A stretch of 64,000 bases of DNA from NCBI GenBank assembly GCA_025603075.1, contig MU626282.1:98232-162231 (forward strand), written 5' to 3'. Under the pieces are notes generated by a model, which was not told the origin of the DNA, did no database searches, and worked only from the letters and a program-made list of their open reading frames with translations. Positions 10,318 through 28,744 of the stretch are shown piece after piece (positions within the stretch are counted from its first letter, which is position 1; the number at the start of each line of letters is the position of its first letter). Source of the stretch: Neoconidiobolus thromboides FSU 785. Its lineage: Eukaryota; Fungi; Entomophthoromycota. Made by a program: the position numbers and the translations under genes.

Positions 10318-11283
10318 TTTTTATATAGCACTACTAATCGATTTGTTAATATTCTTGTTCATTAAACTAAATAGAGTGTCGCAATAAAAATAAATAACAG
10401 TTTATAATGGTATGCGATTCTATATAGTTGTTATTAGCTTATGTAATATAAGCTAATAACTTATTCAAAGGTATCTTTGCTAAGATTTCTTGAATAATAA
10501 TACAAGTTCACCATAAATTAGAGTTCATCTTCCCATTTAAATGTATTCGAGTTTATATTTTAATAGTAATATAAACTTACCCTTAAGCAAGAGAGGTTAT
10601 TAAAGTAAAAGGAGGATTTTTTTATAGAATTTCAGTTTTACTAGTAGCTTTTGCTATTCTAATAAAAAATTTTAATCCCCTGCTTTTATTTGTCAAAGTT
10701 TTTTTTTGCACAATTTCTGCACTTACTTTTCTGGATTTCAAGCTTAATATTTATGGGATTTGTTGAGATTTTTTAGAAGTTCCTGTAGTTTTTTCCTAAA
10801 AAGCAGAAAGTTATTGGTTGCAGCATAAATTTAAAATTATAGAAGTTTCTAGCTTAGTAAATCTTGCTAAAATTTAGAAATTATAGTAAATATTTTATCT
10901 GTTGCAGCTCTACATCCCTACCGGCTTTTCCTGCTAAAACCAATTTAGATACTTTAAAAAACTTAAACTGATAAAAAATATCGAAGTTATCAATAGATAT
11001 TTAGAGTAGTATCACTTAAAGAATCCGGCTTTAATATTTTTATGAAAATGAGTCAAAATTAAAATCAAACTATTCAAAACACTATTAAAATAGGTATATT
11101 TAAATTAAACTGATTCGACTCTTAAAATCTAAGGCTACTTACTATTTTTAGTAACTGTATTAAAATTATAGTTTATTAGCATTCTAATATGTTAGCAACT
11201 TAAAAATGAAAATAAGTGGATTAGTAAAAGAGATCATGTTAAAAAAGAAATTGTTATTTTATTAAATATAATCAATCAATAAA

Positions 11284-12345
11284 CTAAGGAATGAGTACTA
11301 ATTTACCAGTAGATTTGCGACCTTCCAATTCATTATGAGCGTCAGCAACTTGTTTCAAAGGGAAAGTTTTGATATTAAAAATCTCTACTTTTTTATCAGC
11401 AAAAAGTTTGAATAGTTCCTTGTTATAGTTATCAAATGAATCATCTCCAGTAAAAAAGCTAAATAAAGAAGTACGCATAAGCTTAACACTTTTAGCTGTT
11501 AATTTAAATATATCAACTGGTGGCACTTTACCAGAGGCGTTTCCAAAAGACACAAAGGTGGCTAAATGCCCACATGACTTTAAGCTCCCTTCAAATGTAT
11601 CCTTACCTACACCATCAAAGACAGCTTGTACCCCTTTACCGTTAGTAATTTCTAATACCTTTTCACCAAAATCTTCTTTGCTATATAAAATAGTATGGTC
11701 GGCACCAGCTTTCTTTACTAATTCTGCTTTTGCTTCAGTTGATACGGTTCCGATTACTTTGGCTCCAAAATATTTGCTCAATTGAACTAAGAGTAAACCA
11801 ACACCACCCGCAGCTGCATGGACTAATACGGTATCACCCTTCTTTACTTGGTAGGACTCAGTTACCATAGTGTATGCGGTAAGACCTTGTAAGGGAATAG
11901 AGGCAGCAACTTCAAAGTCTAAGTTATCCGGAACAATGGAGGCTAAATTTTGTGGCACTGGGGTATAATTAGCATAAGAACCTTGGGTCATATAAGCTAC
12001 TCTATCCCCTTTCTTAAATTTTGTTACTTTGCTTCCTACTTCTTCCACTATACCAGCACCTTCTCTTCCAAGTACAAATGGTAATTGAGTTGGATATAAA
12101 CCGCTACGTTGATAAGTATCAATAAAGTTAATACCAATTGCCTTGTTATTAACTAAAATTTGATCGTCTTTAATTTGTGGCTTTTGTGCTTCTTTATAGT
12201 CTAAAACTTCAACACCTCCATTTTTTGTTAATTCAATAGCGTAACTCATCTTTGATGTTTTTCTTGTTGTTTGTTTAAAAGTTTGATAGAGTGGTGTATT
12301 TATATATCTTTTGGATAATAAAATTGTTGGAGTTAACCTTAACAT
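11284..12345 (-). CDS. NADPH:quinone oxidoreductase (zeta-crystallin/Zta1/Qor-like, MDR family), intronless
   Basis: GINFIDTYQRSGLY, VLGREGAG and VHAAAGGVG nucleotide-binding motifs. 32-aa presequence-like N-terminal extension before a second Met at 12249. Confidence 0.93.
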   Translation of the reverse strand: MLRLTPTILLSKRYINTPLYQTFKQTTRKTSKMSYAIELTKNGGVEVLDYKEAQKPQIKDDQILVNNKAIGINFIDTYQRSGLYPTQLPFVLGREGAGIVEEVGSKVTKFKKGDRVAYMTQGSYANYTPVPQNLASIVPDNLDFEVAASIPLQGLTAYTMVTESYQVKKGDTVLVHAAAGGVGLLLVQLSKYFGAKVIGTVSTEAKAELVKKAGADHTILYSKEDFGEKVLEITNGKGVQAVFDGVGKDTFEGSLKSCGHLATFVSFGNASGKVPPVDIFKLTAKSVKLMRTSLFSFFTGDDSFDNYNKELFKLFADKKVEIFNIKTFPLKQVADAHNELEGRKSTGKLVLIP

Positions 12346-13257
12346 TAGTAATTCAAAATTTCAGAGTTTTAGATTTTAAATTGATGACGAAATCTTATTA
12401 AAAATTTCAAATCATCTTGCTTTTAATAGATAATTTGTTGCTATTTTTAAACAAAGCTCAAATACTATCTAAATCATATAATGAATTACTTTATATGGCA
12501 TTTACAAGAATGTTTGTTATTTCCATCACTGACAAACGTTTTTTCCTATAATCCGAGCTGTAGGGAAATCGAATATTCGTTTTTACAGTAGAAATAGCCC
12601 ATTTGTTTTTATAATAGAAATAGCTCATTTACAAAGTAAAAGTGTTACAATATTAGAAACTAAAAATCGCCTTCAAAACTACCAACTATTGACAGCCATC
12701 GAATAAGCGTTAATATAATTTTTTATAAAATAAATATTGTAGTTTAAAATTTTATTATTAATACGATGAAAAAATTAATGAATTTTAGATATATTTTTAT
12801 TATCTATAACAAAATTAATTCAAATGTTGCTATTCTTAATTTGAAAAATAAAGTAAAAATAGAAATATTTTTATAGAAATTAATCAAAATATGCTATTTT
12901 CGTTAGTAATGTTAAACATTTGGTTTTGATAGTAACTTTATAATACTAAATTTTAAATAATAGAGTAAACCTAAAAAATCAAATTAATAATTAAAATACC
13001 TTAAATTTGGACCTTACAATATCTCATTTACCTATTTTATCCAAAGCTACATTTTGATAAGCTTGGTATTAGTAATATGTTAGCTATTGATTAAATAAAG
13101 CTAATAAGCTAACACTTATTCTTATTATTTTATATAAACGATTGTACAATTGTTATAGCCACTTTTGTTTTAAGAGATAAGCTAGTTTTATAAAACCTAT
13201 GTTGCTAAAAATAGAATATTGGTAATTATCATGTTAAAATAAAATTATCAAAAAATA

Positions 13258-13363
13258 GATGGGGGTGTTTTTTTTTGGCTTGATCACTTTTTCTATCTTT
13301 TGAGTGCTGTTCAAGCGAAAAAATTGCTAATAAAATTGTTAAATTTAAAAACACATGGAGATA
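13258..13363 (+). mobile_element. MITE-like hairpin element
   Basis: ATGGGGGTGTTTTTTTTTGGCTTGATCACTTTTT... core; right TIR decayed. Confidence 0.75.
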
Positions 13364-13846
13364 TATTTTATTCAAATACTGATGAAAAAAATAAATAACG
13401 TCTAACATTTGCCCATGAAATAATAAGACTTCTATAAAAATAGGGCTATTTTTTTATAATAGAATTTATATTCTTAGCTATAAGCATCGGAATCGCAGTA
13501 TTGTCTGAATTATAATGGTCTTATTATGTTTTCTATTTATTCTTTTTCATAATCCATCGTTCTATATCTTATTTAGCTTTCTTACTATTCTTTAAGCTCT
13601 ATCTGTTGATAAGAATAAAGTACTATCAGTTTAAAGAATTTAGGAAAATTAGTCAATGATTATATAAGAGTGTAAATAAAATCTAGAAAAATGTTTTTTA
13701 GACATTAAACAAGCAAAAAATTAATTCTATTTTCATAGAATATCCTAACAAAAATGAAATTTCTACTTTTTGATTTTAGCAAAAAAGCACCACTAAATAT
13801 TTAACTTTAGAATAAAGATAGAACTATTTTATCAAAGAACTAAGAA

Positions 13847-15516
<1,670 letters not shown>

Positions 15517-15636
15517 CCTAATAAATTATTTCAATGTTATATATCATTTATTATTATCACTAGTATTAGTCTTACTATTTAACATTTAATTTAAAACTCT
15601 CAAGATTATAATTTAAAAAATTTATTTTAAAAAGAT

Positions 15637-16773
15637 TTAACTGGTTTGGGCAAATTTGACACCTTTAGCAATGTTACCTTTAAGTTGAGAAACAGCTTCC
15701 TTAATTAAATCTTGTTCAAATGGAGTAATTTCACCAACTGGATGGATCTTTTCTACACCATTTTTACCAAGTTCAACATTGGTAGCAAAGAATTCAGCAC
15801 CATCTTCCTTGAAAATTGGAGATTCAACGAAAGCAGGTTCAATGATACCTTGTTTACCATCAAGAGCTTGTAAAAGGGAAGAAGTGAATCTAGCACCAGC
15901 GAAAGCCATTGATAAAGTAGCTGAGCCAGTACCATTTTTAGCTTTAACAACTTCATCACCACCAAATTGAACACGGTGAGTTAAAGCTTTAAGCTCTTCG
16001 TCATTTAATTTAAGTCCAGAAACTTGAGAAAATAATGGTACAATAGTGGTACCAGAGTGACCACCAATAACTGGTACATTGACTTCTTTTGGATCTTTCT
16101 TTAAATGTTCAGAGATGAATCTAGAAGCTCTAACAACATCTAAGGTAGTGACACCGAATAAACGTTTAGCATCATAAGCATTATGTTTCTTTAAAACTTC
16201 AGCTACAATTGGTACAGTGGAGTTAACGGGGTTAGAAATAATTAATAAATGAGCTTTTGGGCAATACTTAGCACAAGCAGAAGCTAAGTCTCTTACAATA
16301 GAAGCATTGATGTTAAATAAATCATCACGAGTCATACCTGGTTTACGTGGTACACCAGCTGGAATAACAACAACATCGCAACCTTCTAAAGCATGCTTAA
16401 GACCATCGTTTTCTCCAGTGAAACCTTTAACCTTTTGAAAAAATTAAGATAAATTAATAAATTTTATATTTTAAAAACTTACAGTTGAGTTAGTGTTGAT
16501 ATGAGCTAAATCAGCAGCAACACCTGGGGTATTAACAATATCATAAAGAGAAAGTTCAGTAACCAATGGGTTTTGTTTTAATAATAAAGATAATGGTTGA
16601 CCAATACCACCAGCAGCTCCTAATACAGCTACTTTAGCAGCATTCTATAAAAAAGAAATATTTAATATATTTAATAGTTCTTACATTAATAGCTAATAAC
16701 TTACAGCAACGCTACTGGAAGAAAAGTTACGCTTAGATAAGCTAATAATGTTACGAAGACCAGTGTTAATCAT
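15637..16773 (-). CDS. MDH1: mitochondrial malate dehydrogenase
   Basis: Presequence, then [50 protein letters not shown] and GSATLSMA. Three introns in the 5' half. Confidence 0.96.
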
Positions 16774-17036
16774 TTTATGTAAGTTATTTTTATGAAAATG
16801 AAATTAAATGATTTTATAGTATGCTATTTAGCCTTTTTTTCGAATGAGATCACGGTTTTTGATTCTGTCCCATAAGTTATGATACGCTATCAGATGCTTA
16901 AGGTTTAGGAAATGAAATTTAAGCCACATTTGTTACTGTTTTATTTGTTAACTTCTAAGAATTATAAACAGATAGAATATTCTATATAATACTTTGTCAA
17001 TCAAATTTTATAAGATTATTATTGCAAGTTGTAGTA

Positions 17037-17139
17037 TATGGTGATATTTTTTTTGGCTTCATTACTTTTTTCATCTTAAGCACTATTTGAGTGAAAAATT
17101 TGTTAGTAAAATTCTTAAACATAAAAATACATCCCCATA
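17037..17139 (+). mobile_element. MITE-like hairpin element
   Basis: Near-consensus copy ending AATACATCCCCATA. Confidence 0.85.
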
Positions 17140-17598
17140 TATTAAAATTTAATGTATAATATGAAATGCAATATACAGCTTATAAGCTAAATATAGTAAT
17201 TCTACTATTATTTAAGGATAATCAGTGGTTAATCGAATATTGAATATATAAAAAATGATATAATTTTAATATTCTGTTAAATAATAATTGTATTAATTCT
17301 AAAAACAGATAATCTATTTATTATATAAGGTTCCTTTTAATGCTTTGTTGTATTTAAAATTTACAAAATTTGTCAATAACTATTCTCAATATATATATGT
17401 ATACTCTTGAAAGTTAAAAAGTTATAACAATAATAAATTATAAACTCTATAAAACTCATTATAAATTTTATTCCTAATTTTAATTCTTCTATCAAAAAAT
17501 TAAAACAATTATCAAAATAGTATCAAAAAGATAGAGGGCAGGATGCAAAAGCATAGAAAGATAGATTTTATAAAAAAGAAGCGTTAGAAATCAAAAAA

Positions 17599-19315
<1,717 letters not shown>

Positions 19316-20259
19316 ATTTGTTTTAGAAACTTGAAGTAAAAAAATAGGAATTTATTAACATCATTGCTTTATTTATATAACTTTTTCTCATCCTTTTTTT
19401 TTGTGGTGAACTTAAGCTTTATTGGCTCATCAAAATACTATCCAGTAACTGTTTTTTTACCAAGTTTTGTGAACTAAAAAGGATTTAGTAAAGTTTAATT
19501 TAAATCTTTGAATTATGTTAGAGTTACTAAGATTTATAAGAATAAATCACCAATTTTAAACTTATAAAATACAGTCTACCATTTAACACCATCCTAATCT
19601 ATACTTTCAACACAATATAATCTCATATACAGTATCTATTCTCCTCTTACTCCTCACTTCGAATATAGGCTATTTAATTTAAGCATTTAATTCCTTGTAC
19701 CAATCAATTGTTATTAACTTCTATTCAGTTTTTAAGGTAATTTTATTAGATAAAATTTGTCCATGGTTAAGTGTTAATTATGAAATCATCAAGGATCAAG
19801 AAATTAAATTTCGGTCTGAAATAGGAACTTGAGTTTGAAATTCATCTTTTAAAGTGAGAATTACATCACTATTTTGTTAGTATTCTCGTTCTAAAAAATT
19901 TAAAAGTGGAGAGGATAAAGTGTACCGATTAAATGAATTGGGTACTACGAGTTTAAGTTAATGTTCTTTGTATGGTTTAACTATTATACAAATCACTATA
20001 TAATGTATTAATTATTATACTTTGTTCAATATTAACATTTTAAAGGACTGAATTTAAATCTATTTTTAGTATAAGCTAAGTTGAATATTAATATCTTTAA
20101 TTAAATTAAATTGAGTCAAATATTTGATTATAAACATGTGTATTCTTATATTTTATAATGATGCAAATATTAACTTTTATAAATGAATGGCTTAGCTTTA
20201 AAATGTTTATTTTAAATTTTAATTTCAATTTAGTTACTTAATATATTTGATTAATAGTA

Positions 20260-20362
20260 TATGAAGGATACTTTTGGTTTCATCACTTTTTTCATTTTTA
20301 AGCGCTATTTCTATTTAAGCGAGAAGATTATTAGTAGAATTCTTTAAAAATATATCCCTGTT
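20260..20362 (+). mobile_element. MITE-like hairpin element
   Basis: GGTTTCATCACTTTTTCATTTTTAAGCGCTATTT...TTAGTAGAATTCTTTAAA. Confidence 0.7.
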
Positions 20363-21624
20363 AAACAAACTTTTTTGTAAGGTAGAAATAAATTTACAGT
20401 TATAAACATATTGAAATCTCATTATTATTTTGGAGTTTATTAAAAAGTAGCATTTGTTATAAATTCTTTATATCTACGAATAGATTAAACTTGTGAATGC
20501 TATTATTTTGAATGTTCATATATAAAATATGATAATTGAAATTAAATTAATTAAAGTACACCTTTTGAATATAACATAATAAAACATGATATTTGAAATA
20601 AAGCATAATACAATATTTAAAATCATAGTACTTTATTAATATCAAATATTCATTTTATAAAACTTTATTTTAATTCAAATAAACTGGTCTAGACTTATCT
20701 TTACAAAGATAATCTTTTTATAAGGGATATATTTAAAGCCTCTTATACTTTTTTTCACTGAAGCTTTTTATAGTCACTAACTTTTGGTCTGTTCATTATT
20801 ATGCAATATTTTTAATACTAATGTATATTGGTCTACTGTTGTTTCCTTTTTGTTTCTTATTTGAAATAATTTATATAAAGCAAAGCATAAAATTAGTAGT
20901 ATGACTTGTTATAAACAAAAATTAGAACTTTTATATTAAAGTACTTTCCTCTAGTATATGAATTTTTTTTACCCTTTCTTATCTTAACTCAATCTTCTCC
21001 CTTTCTATTGTTAGATTTTTAATCAGCAATCCATTTAAGAATCCTTCGGTTTCTTCTAAGCTTTATTAAAAAATATATAATATTTTAGATAGTTTCATTG
21101 TTTTATAAATAAAATAGAGATTTATGATATTAGTTTGTGCTATTATAAGATCGAAAATCACGTTTCAATTATTTTAATAATTACGATTGCTTTTATATAA
21201 CGTTTAACAAGTGATTCTATTATTACTGACTTTGATTTTACTAGTCTTATTGCTGTTTTTTTAAGACAAGTCGATATCAAAAAGATATTATCACTTAATT
21301 CTATCAATTAGAGAGGAGAAATTGTAAGAAAATTACATAAAAAATAAAAGGACTGTTTCTAAATTTGATTATTGTTACAACTTTATAGTATAGACTATCA
21401 ATAAGCATCTTAATATGATTTAATATTTTCACATAAAATAACCATAATCACTCAAAAAAATAGTTTAAGGAACAACAAATCAATTAGATAATGCAAAAAT
21501 TCCAACCCCATTATTTGTTGAAAAAATTGAATAAAATAGTCTCAATTATTCAATATTACTCAGTATAAAATAAAATTAAAAATAATTTCGTTAAAGAATA
21601 TTACTATTTTTTCTTAACATAGCT

Positions 21625-22302
21625 ATGATTTATCAATATTATCAACGTTTGGTTCACTTCTCCAAAACCAATCCCGTAATTACATTAACTATCACAAATA
21701 TGGGACTTGCTGCTATAGCGGATATAACTGCTCAATCGGTCGCTAATTTAGATAAAGAGTTTAATATTGTAAGTCATCAACCATTTGATAGCTATCGTTT
21801 TATGAGATTTGTATTATATCAAGGAGCATTTGCGCCTATTTGTTACAAATGGTATTCTATATTAGATAAAAGTATACCAGTTAAAATGGCAAGTGAGTTA
21901 CCTAGTAATACTAAAAAATTTAGTAGTTTCCAAAATATTTATCAGCCAGTATTAAAACGAGTGTTTGCAGATCAACTGTTTTTTGCTCCATTAGCAGTAG
22001 GTTGTTTCTTTTTAGTTATGCCATTGTTAGAAGGAGGTAATTGGTTACAGATTAAAACAAAATTTAACGAAGTAAGTAGAAAAAGTTCATAAATTTAATT
22101 AATAATAATTTTTATTTAGTTATACTATCCAACCTTGTTAGATAATTGGAAGGTATGGCCTTTATTTCAGTTAGTAAATTTTTGTTATGTACCCTTATTT
22201 TTCCGTTTGCCTTTTGCTTCCATTATGGGTATCTTTTGGAATACTTATCTTTCTATGGTTAATGCTCAAAGCCCACCATTTTCAACTGAAAATATCAATT
22301 AA
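21625..22302 (+). CDS. Mpv17/PMP22 family membrane protein (Sym1-like), two exons
   Basis: ADITAQ, R-x-x-RF, KWYSILD, KRVFADQLFFAP, and a second exon with NWKVWPLFQLVNF-x-YVP...WNTYLS. Confidence 0.9.
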
Positions 22303-22366
22303 ATTAAAAACAAAGTTTGATTTTTTTTAAATATTTTATATGGAATCAATAAGTTTTAATGTTAAT

Positions 22367-22739
22367 TTATTTTTTAAAAAACATTCTTCCCCAAGTTTTC
22401 TTTAATACACTTTCTTTAACTTTATAATGCCATACCCATCGTGCTGCTTTTTGTAAAGCTAACTCATAATCATGATATTCAAATGGAAAATTGAATTTGA
22501 TAAAATTGTTGTCAATTAATTCCATATAATATTTAGATAACATTTCTTTCATTTGTCTATTTAAAAAAAATACATTAACAATTTTACTTTGATGTAAAAA
22601 ATAGAATTAAAACTTACAGATTAACATGTGATAAAACTTTGTTATACAAATCTAATACAAACGCTACAACTATGAAGGTACCAAGTAACAAAGGAACTAG
22701 AATCAAGTCTAATGGACTAACGTAATACAACTGTATCAT
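22367..22739 (-). CDS. small hypothetical membrane protein, two exons
   Basis: Hydrophobic exon 1 (MIQLYYVSPLDLILVPLLLGTFIVVAFVLDLY) splices in frame to ORF 22367..22552. Confidence 0.6.
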
Positions 22740-23370
22740 TTTTTTTAAATATTGAGAAGTAAAAAGTAGTCACAATAGAATGCAAATTAGTCTAAGTTAT
22801 AGCTAATAAAACTATTGGCTATAGAAAGGTTTGGCTTTCTTTAGATTATTAAAAGCTGTCATTATCACGGATATTTCGACATATTATGAAACTAGTTTTA
22901 AACTGTTTATTTGTAGAATTCTACAAATTATTTATAAATCAGTATTAATAATATTTTATAAAAGACCACCTATTTTAATATGAATTATTGAATAATAAGA
23001 TTTACGCTTTAATTCTTATTCAACTCAAATAAAGAATCATTTTAAGAATCTAACAAATTGTTTGATTTTTTCTATATAAAAAATGAATAAAAATGAAATT
23101 AAAAAACATCACCCCAGAATTAAGTTATGGTAGACTATAAATCGAACTGATCAAATCAAACTCAATTTAGATTTTAAATTCTCATTAAATCCCTATCACA
23201 TGATACATATCGCCAACTAACTTGAATTGATTGGATTAGTTTTAAAGCATAAATTTAGTTTACTGGCTCAACTAAAGTTCGAAATTCAACGATTTCGTAA
23301 GTGGCATTTAAAATCAAATAAAATCAAATTAGCAAAAAATAAAACCTTTAGTTTTATTAATCTTATTTCA

Positions 23371-26197
<2,827 letters not shown>

Positions 26198-26710
26198 TTT
26201 AGTTGGATTTTATGGTTTTTTATAAAAAATATATCATAATTTTTTACCTGATTTATTTCTATAAGGTCTTATTTATCTTTGTTTGCTTTTTTTATACTTT
26301 CAAAATTGTATTTTATAAAAAGTTAAGACTTCATTTAAAAATTCATCGAATTATTTTAAAGTAGCTTTAAGCCCTTATAAATAGAACTGAAGTTAAATCC
26401 TCTAAAATATTAAATTATGAACATAAGTTTCGTACTTTATCTAAATAAAATTTAAAGTAAACAAGCAGACGCATAGAATTTAAACAAGATATTAGTTCTA
26501 TAAAAATTTATTTAAAATAATCATAATTTTATACTAAAAAAGATACAAAGAATAGATTACTGCTACCAATAATAATGTCTCAAGGGTTTATTTTAATTCT
26601 ATAAAAGAGTGAGCAATTGAATTCAAAGATAATTGAAAATATAAAAATCAAATTTTATAAACAACAATGTTGCTCATAAACCCAATATCAGGAACGACTA
26701 CTTTATATAT

Positions 26711-28056
26711 TTAATGGTCAATTTTATCCACTATAGAAAATTAAATTAACAGAAAATATTAATATGAAAATAGCTTACATTTCATTGGCATCTCATCAAT
26801 TTGAGTAGCATAATATTGTTCAATTTCTCTTAAAGCTTTAACATCTTCATCACGAACAAAATTAATAGCAACACCTTTTCTACCAAATCGACCAGAACGG
26901 CCAATACTAAAAAAATAAATTTCTAATTGTAATCAATATATTAAAATAATTACCGATGGATATAATTTTCACGATTGGTAGGAAGGTCATAATTAATAAC
27001 TAAAGAAACTTGTTGAACATCAATACCTCTAGCCCAAACATCAGTAGTAATTAAAACTCTTGATTTAGCTAATCGAAATTCAGACATAATATAATCTCTT
27101 TCTTTTTGGGGCATTTCACCATGCATTGAAGTAACTGAAAAATTAGCTTCCGTCATTTTTTGAGTTAAAAACTCAACCTTACGACGAGTATTACAAAAGA
27201 TAACTGCTTGAGAGATTGTAATGGAATCATATAAATCAGTTAAGGTATCAAATTTCCATTCTTCTTTTTCAACGCTAATGAAAAATTGTTTAATCCCTTC
27301 CAAAGTAAGTTCATCACGTTTAACTAATATCCTTATTGGTTCTGTCATAAATTTACTTGTCATTGATAAAACATCATGTGGAAGGGTAGCGGATAATACA
27401 ACAACTTGGCAAGAAGGTGGTAAAAAGCGATAAATATTATAAATCTGTTCTTTGAATCCTTGGTTTAATAATTCATCAGCTTCATCAAGTACTAACATTT
27501 TTATATTTTTGACTCTTAAACTACGACGCTTAATCATGTCGTGTACACGCCCAGGGGTCCCAGATACTACATGTTGTCCGTATTCTAATTTTTTAATATC
27601 ATCCCCAACGCTAGTTCCTCCAATACATGCATGACATTGGACATTCATATAATCTCCTAAAGCCAAAAGTACATTTTTGATTTGTACAGCTAATTCTCGA
27701 GTGGGTGAAAGTACTAATGCTTGTGCATCTCTTAAAGAAGTATCGATACGTTGTAAAATTGAAATGGAAAAAGTACCAGTTTTACCAGTACCTGATTGAG
27801 CTTGGGCAATGACATCACGTCCACTTACAATTGGGGCAATAGCTCTCTGTTGAATTGCAGATGGTTTTTCAAAGTCTAATTTGATTTAAATTTAAATATA
27901 TAAAATAAAATAAACTTAAATAATAAACTTACTATATGCAAAGATACCTCTCAAAAGATCTTCTTTTAAATTTAAGTCATCGAAGGAAGATATAACCTTT
28001 ACAGATTCACTTGTCTCGAATTCCAATTTTTCATCTCGACTATGATTATAACCCAT
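26711..28056 (-). CDS. FAL1: DEAD-box helicase eIF4A-III (exon junction complex)
   Basis: N-terminus [10 protein letters not shown]-x-x-[44 protein letters not shown] and [17 protein letters not shown] and LPHDVL are eIF4A-III-type. Confidence 0.93.
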
Positions 28057-28744
28057 TTTTAAACTTTAATTGTAAAAAAAGTAGTTTTAAAATTCATCAT
28101 TTTTTTACTCTAAAGCTTCGATAGAAATTGAACCAATTAAATCAAATTAAAAGATTAGAAAGCACACTTGAAAGTAAATTTATTAGGTTGGAAATTTTAT
28201 GAAATTTCTTAGAAATAGCTATTTGGTGATTTTATTTTTACTATAGTAAATAAAACATTAGTATTCTATATTTTAAAAGCAACTAAAAGAAGCTTTTAAC
28301 TTTTTAAAGTTTTAAAAAGAAACTTAAACTTTAAGCTTATAGCTTAGCAAAAATTGTAAATTAAATTGTTTTGTTGGAATTAAACATAACTTAATGGTAC
28401 AATAAGTTTAATGTTTCAGTAAGAAAATATAAGAAAATATAAAATTGTAATAATTTCATTATTTCTATTCATAAACGTTTATTCTGATTTATAAAATATA
28501 GCTTCTCATAAGCCTTTTAAAAACATTGATGAATAGTTGAAAAAGTGAGAAAGCAAATTCAGCCTTAAATCGATTATGAACCAACTAACCAATAACATTT
28601 TAGCTTAAAGCTGTGGAGCAAGACGCTTTTAGCTTATGAAAATAAAATGTCAACAAATCAAAATGATGTAAAATGATTTAAGGATTAATCAAAAGCATTA
28701 AATTAAAGAGATATTTTAGAACTAAAAACTCCACTTTAAAATTT

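Noticed and set aside
10690-10940. Possible gag zinc-knuckle relic (KCRNCAKK on the minus strand)
   Set aside because: It lacks the His and last Cys of CX2CX4HX4C, and no pol or LTR evidence is nearby.
19316-21624. Long HOG1/Mpv17 divergent spacer as a hidden gene
   Set aside because: No spliceable frame with recognisable motifs; only one MITE copy and AT-rich sequence.
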